64,000 nt of DNA. Source: a virus (lineage: Duplodnaviria > Caudoviricetes). The stretch lies in the IMG/VR virus record IMGVR_UViG_3300035522_000179, positions 128,001 to 192,000 of that record; one strand, given 5' to 3'. Numbering within the stretch: position 1 is the first letter of the stretch; each line of letters starts with the position of its first letter. The notes beneath the pieces were generated by a model. That model was not told the origin of the DNA, did no database searches, and saw only the letters and a program-made list of their open reading frames with translations. Shown here in pieces: positions 1-10,100 of this stretch. The position numbers were made by a program, and so were the translations under genes.

Positions 1-277
1 CGTACTCACGTGCACAGGTATTCTCGACTCTACATCCACGATAGTTCGACCATCCTTCGCAGAAATATGCAACATCTGCAGTTGAGAGAAGTTCCAGACT
101 CTTTGCCAAAAACCACAGAGGTCTTGCATCATGAGGAGCATTCTCAAAGAAGCTGTCGATCAATTCGATATCATCTGTTCCAAGCTCCTTCTTTGCTGTT
201 TGGATGGCGTCTGCTCTCTCTCGTTTAATCTCCTCATCTGTTTTGTCTCTCATTGGTTGACTAATAAAAAGTTTCAT
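1..277 (-). CDS. DUF4406 / nucleoside 2-deoxyribosyltransferase-like protein (partial, runs off window start)
   Basis: Not in the ORF track. Manual translation from ATG 277 (RBS GGAGG): MKLFISQPMRDKTDEEIKRER...SLELLSTADVAYFCEGWSNYRGCRVE, with the FISQPM and W..RGC..E motifs typical of this family. Confidence 0.7.
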   Translation of the reverse strand, partial: MKLFISQPMRDKTDEEIKRERADAIQTAKKELGTDDIELIDSFFENAPHDARPLWFLAKSLELLSTADVAYFCEGWSNYRGCRVENTCAREY

Positions 278-319
278 TGTTTCTTCCTCCATTTTTCTTT
301 TATGTTTTCATACTGTTTT

Positions 320-526
320 TCACTTTATTAAAATATAGAAATTTAACGATGCCAAAACGGTCATGATGAAGGATACAATCAGAATCGATATGAGAAGTGC
401 TACATACGTAGAACTTTCTTTCTTCATTTTTGGAAGACCGTTTCCAATCACCAATCCAATTCCCATACTAAGTAAAAACATAATAAACAAACCTGATCCG
501 TGCCAAACCCAAAGTATTGGACTCAT
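320..526 (-). CDS. small membrane protein, 2 TM
   Basis: Start moved to MSPILW (RBS AAGGAG); two hydrophobic segments. Confidence 0.6.
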   Translation of the reverse strand: MSPILWVWHGSGLFIMFLLSMGIGLVIGNGLPKMKKESSTYVALLISILIVSFIMTVLASLNFYILIK

Positions 527-671
527 TTTTAATCTCCTTTCTTCATTATTTTTCTCTTTGTGATTTAATAGATCAATATAACGATAATACAAAATATCAC
601 AAAGCAAAACCAAAACCAATCACTCACTTCATAGATCCTTTCTTTCCAGCTACAACTATGATGTCAAGAAA

Positions 672-679
672 ATAATATA
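672..679 (-). promoter_or_regulatory. putative early promoter TATATTAT
   Basis: Recurrent intergenic motif, always on the minus strand; resembles the phiKZ early motif TATATTAC. Confidence 0.6.
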
Positions 680-682
680 CGA

Positions 683-1498
683 TTAAAAATAATACAACTT
701 AAAGTAAATGTCAAAGTATTCATGGTCGATATGAACCCAAGCATAGTAAATCTTTACTAACCCGGAATTTTCCACTTTCCCACACATAAACTCCATAAAG
801 TTCTGTGTTTTCTCAGTAAAAAACGGAAACACTTGAACGTTTACCTCAATTTTTGGGTAATCCTTATATTGAATCGGAAAGATCTTTTTGATACTAAGTA
901 TCTCTTCATCTGACAGATCAATCTCTAATGGAAGAAACTCATTACTATCTTTTTTCAGGTGTTCCAATTCTTCGTTCATATGTTGAAGAAGACTCGTTGC
1001 TTTTTCCTCTGGAACAACCATTAGAGTCTGAGAATCTTCTGCTGTTTTTCGTATCAATTCTTTTTGCTCTATGAGTTCATCTACCAGATTCTTCAATAAA
1101 GCGATATCTGGAATATAGAGCATTTCATTTTTTCCTTCGGATTGTAAAATGCTTTGAATTAAAGGAATCAAATCTTCTTTTACTTTCAAAAGGTATTTTC
1201 CTTTTAAGGATTCCGTAGATATCTTTCCGGGAATCAAAAAGGTTCCATTATAAAGATAGAAATCTTTCCGATAAATCTTTGTAAGCTTTACTAAGAAATC
1301 TCGGAAGGCTTTCGTATCTTTTGTTAACTCTTTCTTTTTTTCTTTTAATTCTTTTGCTTCATCCATGATTCTACGTTTTAATTCTTTTAAACTTTTTAAG
1401 TCATGGTCTGGGCTATGAAGTTCTTCGAAATCCTCATAACCCAAGGCAACCATTCGTTTTTCAATATCTTCTTTTAAAGATTCTATTGTATCTGCCAT
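683..1498 (-). CDS. hypothetical protein downstream of DNA polymerase N-half
   Basis: 271-aa ORF with RBS GAGG, 10 nt after the pol stop. Confidence 0.7.
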   Translation of the reverse strand: MADTIESLKEDIEKRMVALGYEDFEELHSPDHDLKSLKELKRRIMDEAKELKEKKKELTKDTKAFRDFLVKLTKIYRKDFYLYNGTFLIPGKISTESLKGKYLLKVKEDLIPLIQSILQSEGKNEMLYIPDIALLKNLVDELIEQKELIRKTAEDSQTLMVVPEEKATSLLQHMNEELEHLKKDSNEFLPLEIDLSDEEILSIKKIFPIQYKDYPKIEVNVQVFPFFTEKTQNFMEFMCGKVENSGLVKIYYAWVHIDHEYFDIYFKLYYF

Positions 1499-1508
1499 AG
1501 TAATTACC

Positions 1509-3416
1509 TCAATCTAGTTTTGATTTCACTTTTTTATACAGGTCTTCAATAGATGGTAAGTTAAACCATTTATGTCCTGTATTCAACCAGTTCTTTGTTT
1601 GAAAGTTATCAAAGCATTCCTTTGCCACATCATCATGAAAGTCCGAAGACTCTTTTGGAAGAAGTGGTAAATGAGACATGGTATGAACGGGATGTTTTCC
1701 TCCTCGGATATCAAACTGAGCGGAATCCAGTAGGACTTTGAAATACAAAGTACTCGGGTCAATATTCATTGCAAATATGGTACTTGGATAAAACGAAGAC
1801 ATATCCATGTCAATTCCATATTGGAAAATATTATTGGTTGGTTTATCTCCATACAGAGCCATTCCCACTGGAAGATTTAATCTAGGGTCTCCAACCAATG
1901 CTCCTTCAAATCCTTTTTTCTTTTTTCCACTACTCTCTTCTTCGTCATCATCCTCTTCATCCGGTTCTTCTTGAGAACCGAAGGGTGTTACATTTTGGTT
2001 TTCGCCTGGAATCTTTCCACCCATTATGAAATCATAATACTGATAGTTTCGAAGTTTCACGGTTTGTTTAAACTCCGAATCATACGGTGTGATGTTTTGA
2101 TAAGCTGTCATGTAGTAGTTTTCCAAGTCTTTTGTCTTATCTTCGATTCCTTTTTGGAGAAGTACGTCTTTGATGTTATAAATGAAATACTTCTTGTAAT
2201 TTCGATAAGGGAAGAACTTAATACTTCCCTCTTCTCCATAGTCTAATTTGGAATCTTTTACGACTTTCTTACCAACGTAGTTTAAACTAAAGGAACGCAT
2301 TTCTGGCTGACTCTTTCGAATCGCTGCATACGTTCTCATTTGGCAGACATAGTTCGTATATCCGGTATTAAAAAAGAAATCCGTTTTGGATTTGATATCG
2401 AAATGAAAATTGTCTTTTTTAAACCAGCATTCTTTCACTTCGAAATCTTTATGGCAAAACAAATCTCTCGGGTCTAACCCTAAGACTTTCGCTCTCTCGT
2501 AAATATAGTTTACGTCGAACTCGAAGTTCCAAAACTCTACGAAATCAAATTTTCGTTTGTTGATTAATTCAAACAGATGCGTAATCATCTTTGCTTCATC
2601 TTTATAAAAGAAGAATTTATAGTCTAAGACACCATAAGATTCATCAAACATCTCATGAAGTTCTTTTTTCACTTCGTCTTGATGCTCGATGAAATCCATC
2701 TCCTGTAAATGTCTTTGTTCATGAAGCTCGTTTAAATAAGCTTGTTTTTCTCTTTGTTCTTGGGTCATGAAGGTAGTATCTTTTACTTGGTATTCTCTTC
2801 CTACCAAAGCAAAAGTATAACACTTCATCCCATCATTGTCAATTAACGTTACCAAATCAATTGGACAAGTATTTGGATCTGAGGAACCTTCCACATCTAA
2901 GAAGTCTACCTCGATGTCTGCAAATGCTTTGGAAATTGGTTTTGGTAAATCGTTATCATAGGTTGTAATCCATTTGTATCGATAATACGCTCGGATATCG
3001 TAATCTGCTCCATATACATATGGATACTTATAAAGTTCTTTTAATTCTCCAAATCGTTTTGTCTTATAGCAATCATCTGCAAATGCTTTGGTGGCATCTC
3101 CACCATCTTCAATAATTGCAGATAAAATATTCTTATACTCTACGGATTTCTTCTCTACCCTAGAGAGTAACTGATAATTTAAAGCATAAGGCTTCCCATA
3201 TCCATCCAAATGAGAAGTCCGATACTCTGGTTTCTCAAAATAAATATCCATCTTTGGATTCGGAACTGTGGTGACGTATTTTTCTAACGTCGTTAAATCT
3301 TTCCAGACGATATATAAAAAGTCTGGAGTTCCTTCTTTCTTATTTTCTTTTACGTATTGAATATCCACTAACATTGAATCTTCTCTACCAATTGACCGAT
3401 TCATAGTTTCATTCAT
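1509..3416 (-). CDS. split family B DNA polymerase, N-terminal subunit (3'-5' exonuclease + motif A)
   Basis: ExoI ADIEVDF, ExoII FWNFEFDV, ExoIII YNIKDV, motif A DMDMSSFYPS..AMNIDP; motifs B/C absent. Start likely 3416 or 3404 because the promoter motif at 3435-3446 overlaps the track ATG. Confidence 0.9.
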   Translation of the reverse strand: MNETMNRSIGREDSMLVDIQYVKENKKEGTPDFLYIVWKDLTTLEKYVTTVPNPKMDIYFEKPEYRTSHLDGYGKPYALNYQLLSRVEKKSVEYKNILSAIIEDGGDATKAFADDCYKTKRFGELKELYKYPYVYGADYDIRAYYRYKWITTYDNDLPKPISKAFADIEVDFLDVEGSSDPNTCPIDLVTLIDNDGMKCYTFALVGREYQVKDTTFMTQEQREKQAYLNELHEQRHLQEMDFIEHQDEVKKELHEMFDESYGVLDYKFFFYKDEAKMITHLFELINKRKFDFVEFWNFEFDVNYIYERAKVLGLDPRDLFCHKDFEVKECWFKKDNFHFDIKSKTDFFFNTGYTNYVCQMRTYAAIRKSQPEMRSFSLNYVGKKVVKDSKLDYGEEGSIKFFPYRNYKKYFIYNIKDVLLQKGIEDKTKDLENYYMTAYQNITPYDSEFKQTVKLRNYQYYDFIMGGKIPGENQNVTPFGSQEEPDEEDDDEEESSGKKKKGFEGALVGDPRLNLPVGMALYGDKPTNNIFQYGIDMDMSSFYPSTIFAMNIDPSTLYFKVLLDSAQFDIRGGKHPVHTMSHLPLLPKESSDFHDDVAKECFDNFQTKNWLNTGHKWFNLPSIEDLYKKVKSKLD

Positions 3417-3434
3417 CCTTTCTACATATAACCT

Positions 3435-3446
3435 TATACCCATGTT
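3435..3446 (-). promoter_or_regulatory. putative nvRNAP promoter AACA-TGGGTA-TA
   Basis: Exact RACA-N6-TA, back-to-back with the + strand copy at 3474. Confidence 0.65.
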
Positions 3447-3473
3447 TTTTGACGCTTAATTTACCATTCATTC

Positions 3474-3485
3474 AACAGATTCGTA
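3474..3485 (+). promoter_or_regulatory. putative late promoter AACA-GATTCG-TA
   Basis: Exact RACA-N6-TA, 33 nt before ATG 3518. Confidence 0.7.
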
Positions 3486-3517
3486 AAGCGAACTTATAAG
3501 AAAGGAGAAAGAACCTT

Positions 3518-4495
3518 ATGAGTAAAAAAGAACCTGACGAGTATGTACCGAAAAGAAGAAAGAAAGAAGACGTGTTAAAAGATCTGGATGATCTTGACAG
3601 TATTGAAAATATCTTTTTGGTTTCTTCCGTAAAAAAGAAGGAAGAAGAGAAAAAAGAAGAAAAGATAGAAGATGCTTCTAGTTATGATGGAGATTGGCTG
3701 GATACCTTAACGGCTCTTCGGACAGAGAAGAAAAGACACAAAGGAATTGCAGATCTGTTTGGAGATAGTGAATCGGATAAAAAGAAGAAAAAGAAAAAGA
3801 AGAAAGAAAACGGACCGGTCGATCATAGTGATGACTTTGAAAGAGAGATTATGCTCCTTCAGAGTATCTTAAATGATCAGACAAAACTCTCTTCTTCTTT
3901 ACAGAGTAGATACGACAGTTTGGATCGGCAGAAGTCTGCTGCTAGAGGAGTTGGTAAGTTTACAACAGATCTTATCACTACCTTAAACACTTCTAGAAGT
4001 TTGTCAAAAGATATCGTAAAAGAAATTGCAAATATCAAGAAGAATATTGCTGAACTGAACATGAAAGAAAAAGAGAAGTTTGCAAAAGATAGCATCTTTG
4101 ATGGAGAGAACATGGGTCAGTTTGCTTCCAGTTATTTAAAACAGATCATGGGAAATTCCAAAGAGTTTGGAGAAGGTGTTGGGTATGGAATTGACGATGT
4201 ATCCGACGGCGATGACTTCTTTGATGATATGGAGTTTAACATGAGAACTTCAGAAGGATATGAAGGAAGATCCGACAGTGCAGAGAAGTACTTGAAGTAC
4301 GAAGGATCCAATGTATCCGTAAAAGTGATGTATGATAAAGCATCCGATACCAAGACCTTTATTGCAGAAGACGAAGATGGAAACATCATTGATGATTATC
4401 CTCTTCCGAAAACGATTGACAGCATATCCATCAACCATTCTACTTTGGTTGCAACTGATAGATACGGAAAGAAGTATCCCGTAATTATGATGTAA
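3518..4495 (+). CDS. hypothetical late protein, coiled-coil with poly-Lys tract
   Basis: 325 aa, RBS AAGGAG, K9 run. Confidence 0.75.
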   Translation: MSKKEPDEYVPKRRKKEDVLKDLDDLDSIENIFLVSSVKKKEEEKKEEKIEDASSYDGDWLDTLTALRTEKKRHKGIADLFGDSESDKKKKKKKKKENGPVDHSDDFEREIMLLQSILNDQTKLSSSLQSRYDSLDRQKSAARGVGKFTTDLITTLNTSRSLSKDIVKEIANIKKNIAELNMKEKEKFAKDSIFDGENMGQFASSYLKQIMGNSKEFGEGVGYGIDDVSDGDDFFDDMEFNMRTSEGYEGRSDSAEKYLKYEGSNVSVKVMYDKASDTKTFIAEDEDGNIIDDYPLPKTIDSISINHSTLVATDRYGKKYPVIMM

Positions 4496-4498
4496 GAT

Positions 4499-4540
4499 AA
4501 TCGAAGATTGAGAACGTAACAATTCTCAATCTTCGATTTT
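4499..4540 (+). terminator. intrinsic terminator
   Basis: 16-bp inverted repeat AATCGAAGATTGAGAA / TTCTCAATCTTCGATT followed by Ts. Confidence 0.8.
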
Positions 4541-4562
4541 CATTTCTTCTTTTAAATGAAAA

Positions 4563-4574
4563 GACATTTAAATA
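4563..4574 (+). promoter_or_regulatory. putative late promoter GACA-TTTAAA-TA
   Basis: Exact RACA-N6-TA upstream of the tagged-protein cluster. Confidence 0.65.
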
Positions 4575-4604
4575 AGTATTTTTGATATAAGGAGGTGACT
4601 CTGA

Positions 4605-5306
4605 TTGAACATAGAGAAATTATCAGAACCTGTGAGTGCTAAAGTAGAAGGGGATATCTCTTATCTTGGAAATATAAAAAAAGAAATCAAAGAAATCAAA
4701 AATGATATTCATAGAGCAAAGCAATCAAATGATTTCAATTCTTTAAAGAGAGATGTAAAAAGAATTGATGGTATCATTTCTGATTTGGAAAGAATTAATA
4801 GTAAAATGGATTACAGTACAGATGTCAAGGAATATAGACAGATGTCTGCCGTTTTACTTTCTCTTGGTTCAGTAATCAGTTTACTGTGGGTAGTTCCTGA
4901 TGTGAAAAAGATGATTGACGAAGACAAGCATTACAATGATTCGTTGATAGAAAAATTCATGAGGGAACAGGAAGAAGAGGAAAAGAAAGCTCAGATAAAG
5001 CATCGCTATTTTAAGGAGAAATTATCAAAGCAAGCATATTCCTTAACGAAGTTTCTTGGAACTACCGCTATTGCTGGTGGTGCATACAATGCTTACAATG
5101 CACATTATGTGAATAGTGTAAAAAAGCAATTCAAGAAAACAATTGATACCTTAAAAGAGATGAGTAAAGAAACCAAAACGTATATCGCTACAAGAGGAAG
5201 ATCTATAAAAGAATCAGTAGAGGATATTAAGTTAGAAATTTACGAGTCTTGTAGATATGGGGATATCTCTGAAGAAGAGATGGAAATACTTTTAAATATG
5301 ATATAA
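4605..5306 (+). CDS. putative internal head protein with conserved C-terminal YES-GxIS tag
   Basis: TTG start with RBS AGGAGGTG; ends ESVEDIKLEIYESCRYGDISEEEMEILLNMI. Confidence 0.7.
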   Translation: MNIEKLSEPVSAKVEGDISYLGNIKKEIKEIKNDIHRAKQSNDFNSLKRDVKRIDGIISDLERINSKMDYSTDVKEYRQMSAVLLSLGSVISLLWVVPDVKKMIDEDKHYNDSLIEKFMREQEEEEKKAQIKHRYFKEKLSKQAYSLTKFLGTTAIAGGAYNAYNAHYVNSVKKQFKKTIDTLKEMSKETKTYIATRGRSIKESVEDIKLEIYESCRYGDISEEEMEILLNMI

Positions 5307-5320
5307 AGGAGAAAACGGAT

Positions 5321-5950
5321 ATGAATCATTTTGAAATGCTCGCAGAACAAGTTTCCGAGCAATGCTATGAGGAAGCAGAAGCTTATTTGGAAGGAGCAAA
5401 CACCGAAGTTTCTAGAATCGGTAAGAGTGCTCTGAGAGAAAACAAAGCATTATTAAAAGAAGCAAAAAGAGCTTATCGTTTAGGAGAAACGAAAAAAGCG
5501 AAATCTTTACTGGACAAAATCATGAAAAACTTGGATGATGCTCTTGATGAGATCGACAAGATTGACGAAACAACTGGATCTGCACTTATAGGAAATATCG
5601 TGCATTCGTTTATTATGTTTATAAAGTTATTTCTTATACAGCTACTCACGTTTGGTATCGGAACCGGTATTTACGCTATAAAGAAAATGATTGAAAATGT
5701 TGTTGGTACGTTGGATCAGTTTAAACGAGTAAAAGATGTATCTCCAGCAATCGCTAATGCTAAGAGACAATCCCTTAGGGGTATGATTATTAGCTTAAAG
5801 CAGGTTGTAAGTAAAGTGAAAAAAGAAATGGGTTCTGATGGAGAAGATGTAGAGGAATCCACAGGACTTCAACTCGATATTTATGAGTCTTGCAAAAATG
5901 GAAATATCTCAGAAAGAGAAAAAGAAATACTTCTAGATTTAGTACAATAA
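5321..5950 (+). CDS. putative internal head protein with conserved C-terminal YES-GxIS tag
   Basis: Acidic leader ending YLEG; ends ESTGLQLDIYESCKNGNISEREKEILLDLVQ. Confidence 0.7.
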   Translation: MNHFEMLAEQVSEQCYEEAEAYLEGANTEVSRIGKSALRENKALLKEAKRAYRLGETKKAKSLLDKIMKNLDDALDEIDKIDETTGSALIGNIVHSFIMFIKLFLIQLLTFGIGTGIYAIKKMIENVVGTLDQFKRVKDVSPAIANAKRQSLRGMIISLKQVVSKVKKEMGSDGEDVEESTGLQLDIYESCKNGNISEREKEILLDLVQ

Positions 5951-5957
5951 TAACTTT

Positions 5958-6008
5958 ATCCTAGGTGGAGGAGTACAATTCAAGTACCCCCCCCCCCTAG
6001 GATTTTTT
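5958..6008 (+). terminator. imperfect hairpin/terminator containing a C11 homopolymer
   Basis: ATCCTAGGTGGAGGAGTAC...GTAC(C)nTAGGAT followed by a T tract. Confidence 0.6.
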
Positions 6009-6028
6009 ATGTAAGGAGGATATAAAGA

Positions 6029-6571
6029 ATGAGTAGATTTGATGAATTATATGATGTAGTAATGGAAGCAAATGCATATAATAAATATGCAAATAAATTA
6101 CAGGATGCCTTTAATAAAGATCCATATGATGATAAAGTAACTGATGATTGGGAAGATTTTTGGCATGAAACCAATAAATTGATGAGGGTTGGTGGATCTC
6201 CTAGTGCTCACAATCCTATATATAACAGAAAAGGAAATCCTGATGACAGGGAGCACGCTAGACTCGGGAAGAAAGCCTGGATGAAAAATCATGGAGATGT
6301 TGGAAGATCTCCAGAAAATCGATACAGAAGAGGAAGATATTTCGACGAACAAAAAAGAATTGACAGCTCAAATAAAAACGATCCCTACCGCATCCGGCTT
6401 CGCTTTAAGGCTCCTGATGTTCGTGATATTAAAGATAGACTCGAGGAAAACAGGAAATCCTTAAATGGAACGAAGGAATCCGTGGATGATATCAAGTTGG
6501 AGATTTATGAGTCTTGTCGGTATGGAGAAATTTCAGAAGAAGAAAGAGATTTACTTTTGGAAATGATTTAG
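6029..6571 (+). CDS. putative internal head protein with conserved C-terminal YES-GxIS tag
   Basis: Leader ending VMEA; ends ESVDDIKLEIYESCRYGEISEEERDLLLEMI. Confidence 0.7.
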   Translation: MSRFDELYDVVMEANAYNKYANKLQDAFNKDPYDDKVTDDWEDFWHETNKLMRVGGSPSAHNPIYNRKGNPDDREHARLGKKAWMKNHGDVGRSPENRYRRGRYFDEQKRIDSSNKNDPYRIRLRFKAPDVRDIKDRLEENRKSLNGTKESVDDIKLEIYESCRYGEISEEERDLLLEMI

Positions 6572-6575
6572 TATA

Positions 6576-6611
6576 AAAAAGAAGGAGTGATATTTTTCAC
6601 TCCTTCTTTTT
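6576..6611. terminator. bidirectional terminator
   Basis: AAAAAGAAGGAGTGA / TCACTCCTTCTTTTT between convergent genes. Confidence 0.85.
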
Positions 6612-6614
6612 CTT

Positions 6615-6998
6615 TTAGTCATCTACGATCAAAACTGACCGTTCTTTTAACTTGTTTCCACGGTATCCGATTACTTTGTACACATCATAGTTCTTTGTAA
6701 TGATTCGATCTCCTTCTGCGGCAAGAAGTCCGTCCATGATCGCCGGTCTTTCGTTCGTGCTATGGAAGTTGCTTTCCGGGAAATCGTATAAGGTTTCCCT
6801 TTGATCAACGAATCTTCCTTTGTTGGATTTCTGGAATCCCAACACATCATTCCATGTATCCATTGGATATTCCTTAATTAAGATTAAGTTCTTCGGAACA
6901 TCATCCACCAGGATTGCCAGTGTCTCAATTCCCAGTTTGTTCCTTTTTGGAAAAGGCTTTATTTTTGTAATCGGACTACCTTTCATGAAGTGTAACAT
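6615..6998 (-). CDS. hypothetical early protein
   Basis: Start moved to MLHFMK (RBS AGGAGG); the early motif overlaps the track start. Confidence 0.7.
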   Translation of the reverse strand: MLHFMKGSPITKIKPFPKRNKLGIETLAILVDDVPKNLILIKEYPMDTWNDVLGFQKSNKGRFVDQRETLYDFPESNFHSTNERPAIMDGLLAAEGDRIITKNYDVYKVIGYRGNKLKERSVLIVDD

Positions 6999-7037
6999 TT
7001 TTGTCTCCTCCTTCAATATGTATTTTATTCCACAGGA

Positions 7038-7045
7038 ATAATATA
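7038..7045 (-). promoter_or_regulatory. putative early promoter TATATTAT
   Basis: Exact motif 40 nt upstream of ATG 6998. Confidence 0.65.
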
Positions 7046-7098
7046 TCACTCAAGAAAAGAAATCATCGTTTTTATAGAAGGTGTGAAATTAACCTGAA

Positions 7099-7110
7099 AA
7101 CAATTTTTTA
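7099..7110 (+). promoter_or_regulatory. putative late promoter AACA-ATTTTT-TA
   Basis: Exact motif upstream of the large RNAP beta gene. Confidence 0.7.
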
Positions 7111-7136
7111 ACGTTAAGGAAAGAAGGTGACAATTC

Positions 7137-10100
7137 ATGATATATACCAATGATGTCCCCGAACTTGTCTTGTTTTCAAAGAGGGTTTTCCTTCCCAAAG
7201 GAGAACCACCAACAAGAGGGACTCTGATATATCACTACACCGAATCAGTTTCAGATACCATTGCGGAAATAGAAAATCCGCTTAACTACACTCCACAGAG
7301 TGCTGCAATGTATCGATTCTATTTCTATACCATGACCTATTCTGGAAAGATTAAGAATCGAAGATTTTTTATTAAAGATGTAAAAGAGAAGAAAGACATT
7401 TATACGAAAATAAAAGACGAAACGAACTTAAAGACAGTTCCTACGATTACTTTAAGTGATTTTAATATGAACTGTTATTTTGAGATGTCTAAGTATCTTC
7501 AGATCTATTACAATATGACCGAAAAGATTGACTGTAAATCCAAAGTGCTTATCTTTTGGGATTATTTAACAAAGATTTTAGAAGACCCTACGACATCAAA
7601 TTATAAAACAAAAGTTCTTTTAATTAATGCAGATCGATATGATAATGCATTCAAAGGGAAATTAAAAGAGAAACTTAGAAATCCGTTGTTTATGATTTAC
7701 TATACCCTCTTAAAAGATCCTTCCATTTGTGCAAAGTTTGACCATGATATCTTCATTTATTATAAGAATCGATCTATTCGAATCAACCCTGCTCATGCAG
7801 AGAAATCAAAAACTGCTGCAAGATTTAAAACCTTGCTTTTACAGTTACTCTCTCATGTGTCAAGGGATATTGTTGCTTCTACGGATGAGACCTCGATTCA
7901 AAGTGATGAGAAAGAGGAAGTGGTAAAAGAGATTATCACAAAAGAATACAATCCTCATTCCCAAACAGTAATGAATCAGACCATGAATGTTGAAGCACTC
8001 CCTTCGGTCATCAATAAAGAAGAGGAGCAGAAGGAAGAACCAAAAGAAGATACCAAAGAAAAGAAGTTAGCAGAAGATATTGACAAATCTCTGAATAAGA
8101 AAGCAGAAGAGATTTCTGCGGATGTATCCAGTGAGGAAGAAGCAAAGAGATTAGCAGAAGAAGCCATTCAAAACGATAAAGAGCTTCTTTCCAAATTGTA
8201 CGATCAAGCAGTAGCAGATAACAAACCAACCTCTTCTGCTTCTACTGCAAGAGATAAAAAGATACGTGAAGAACAAGGAAAGATCGTCGTTGGAAATATG
8301 TCGATTGATAAAATTCGTTCGGTTCAGTCTACCCATATGCCGATTCCGGAATCTGACGTATCCAACGTTATGAAAACAACCAATGACAATATGAAGCATA
8401 AGAAGTTTTCAAACTTCGAGCAAACCTATACAGAAAAAGTATTTCCGAAAGATATGGTAAATGCATTTGCTTCCTTAAACGATAAATCCATTCCCATGAC
8501 GATTATTAAGTATGATGTGAAAGATACATCGGATGAGTTAAATTACAAAGATACTTATACGGTAGTACTAGAAGATGTCAATAGACAGCGTCATACCATT
8601 TCTGTTGATATTCCGAAGTTTATTGATAATCGTTATATGTGGATTGGTGGAAGTAAGAAGATGATTCTTTATCAGAACTTCTTATATCCTGTGGTAAAGT
8701 CTGGTCCGGATGAGGTTCAGATTGTAACCAATTACAACAAGATGTTTATTGCGAGAAAAGGAACCAAGTCCATTAGTTCCTTGGAAAGATTAAATAAGTT
8801 CATTCAGGCAGAAAGTCTTTCGGAAAAATACTTTATCCCTGGATATGCTGTAAAATTAAATGCTGAGTATATCACAACCGTAGAGTACGATGAACTATCA
8901 AAGCAGTTTCTTCGTTTCGAGAACGGAAATACCATTCTTTATTTTAGTCAAGCACAAGCAATTGAAGCGGCTGCAAAGAAAGGAATTACCATTGGTGATA
9001 ATGAGATCTTTATTGGGTTTTTCAAAGGAACTCCAGTAACGATTGATCAAAATACACAGAGAACTGGAAATGATAAATCCATTACGGATATTATTATTGA
9101 GTCTCTTCCAGAAGAGTTACAGATTGCTTATGAGAAAACGAAAGCTCCTAAGAGACTTCTGTATTCCGTTGCTACTACCATGAGACAGCCAGTAGCACTT
9201 GGATTGCTTCTTGGATTCTGGGAAGGATTATCCAGTGTGATGAAGAATCTTGGAATTGAGTATACCCTGGAGACAAAAGCTCCCAGTCATTTAAAGGCTG
9301 GTCAGAACTATTTACAGTTTGCTGATTGTACTTTGGTCTATTCCGAAACCATTGCGCAGTCTTTGGTAATGAATGGATTTCGAGCAATCGAAACGATTCA
9401 GTATAAGATTACCGAAATGGAAACCAAAGAGCCTTACATGGATTATTTGGTAAAGGTTTATGGAAAACGTAGTATCGCAAATGCACTTATGAACGTCTAC
9501 GAGTTTACCATTGACCCGATTACGAAAGAGATTTTGGAAGATTTGAATCTTCCTACTACTTTGGTTCCTTTGTGTATTTATGCAAACTCTTTGCTTGCAG
9601 ATTCTCAGTATACTCCGGACTATAACCAGAAATTATGTCGTATTCGTAGTTCTGAGATCGTTCCTTCGATTCTTTATGATGCAATTGCAAAGCAGTATAT
9701 TGTGTATAAGAACTCCAATGGGAAAAAGAAATTATCTCTTCCGAAGGATATCGTGATCAATCGATTACTAGAACTTCCTACAGTAGAAGATGTTTCTACG
9801 TTGAATCCTTTGTTGGAGATGGAAAGAAAACATACTACGATGTATAAAGGTTGGAGAGGAATTAACTCTGATCATACTTATACTCAGGATAAGCGAGTTT
9901 ATGATGATTCCATGATTGGCATTATTGGACTTGCAACATCCCCTGATGGTTCCGTTGGCGTACAGAAAGTATTGACTATGGAACCCAATGTTGTATCCGC
10001 TAGAGGATACTTAAAAGTAACAAATGATGAGAAGGAGTTAAAAGATGTCAATCTTTATTCTCCTGCAGAAATGCTCTGTCCTCTTGGTCCTACAAGAGAT

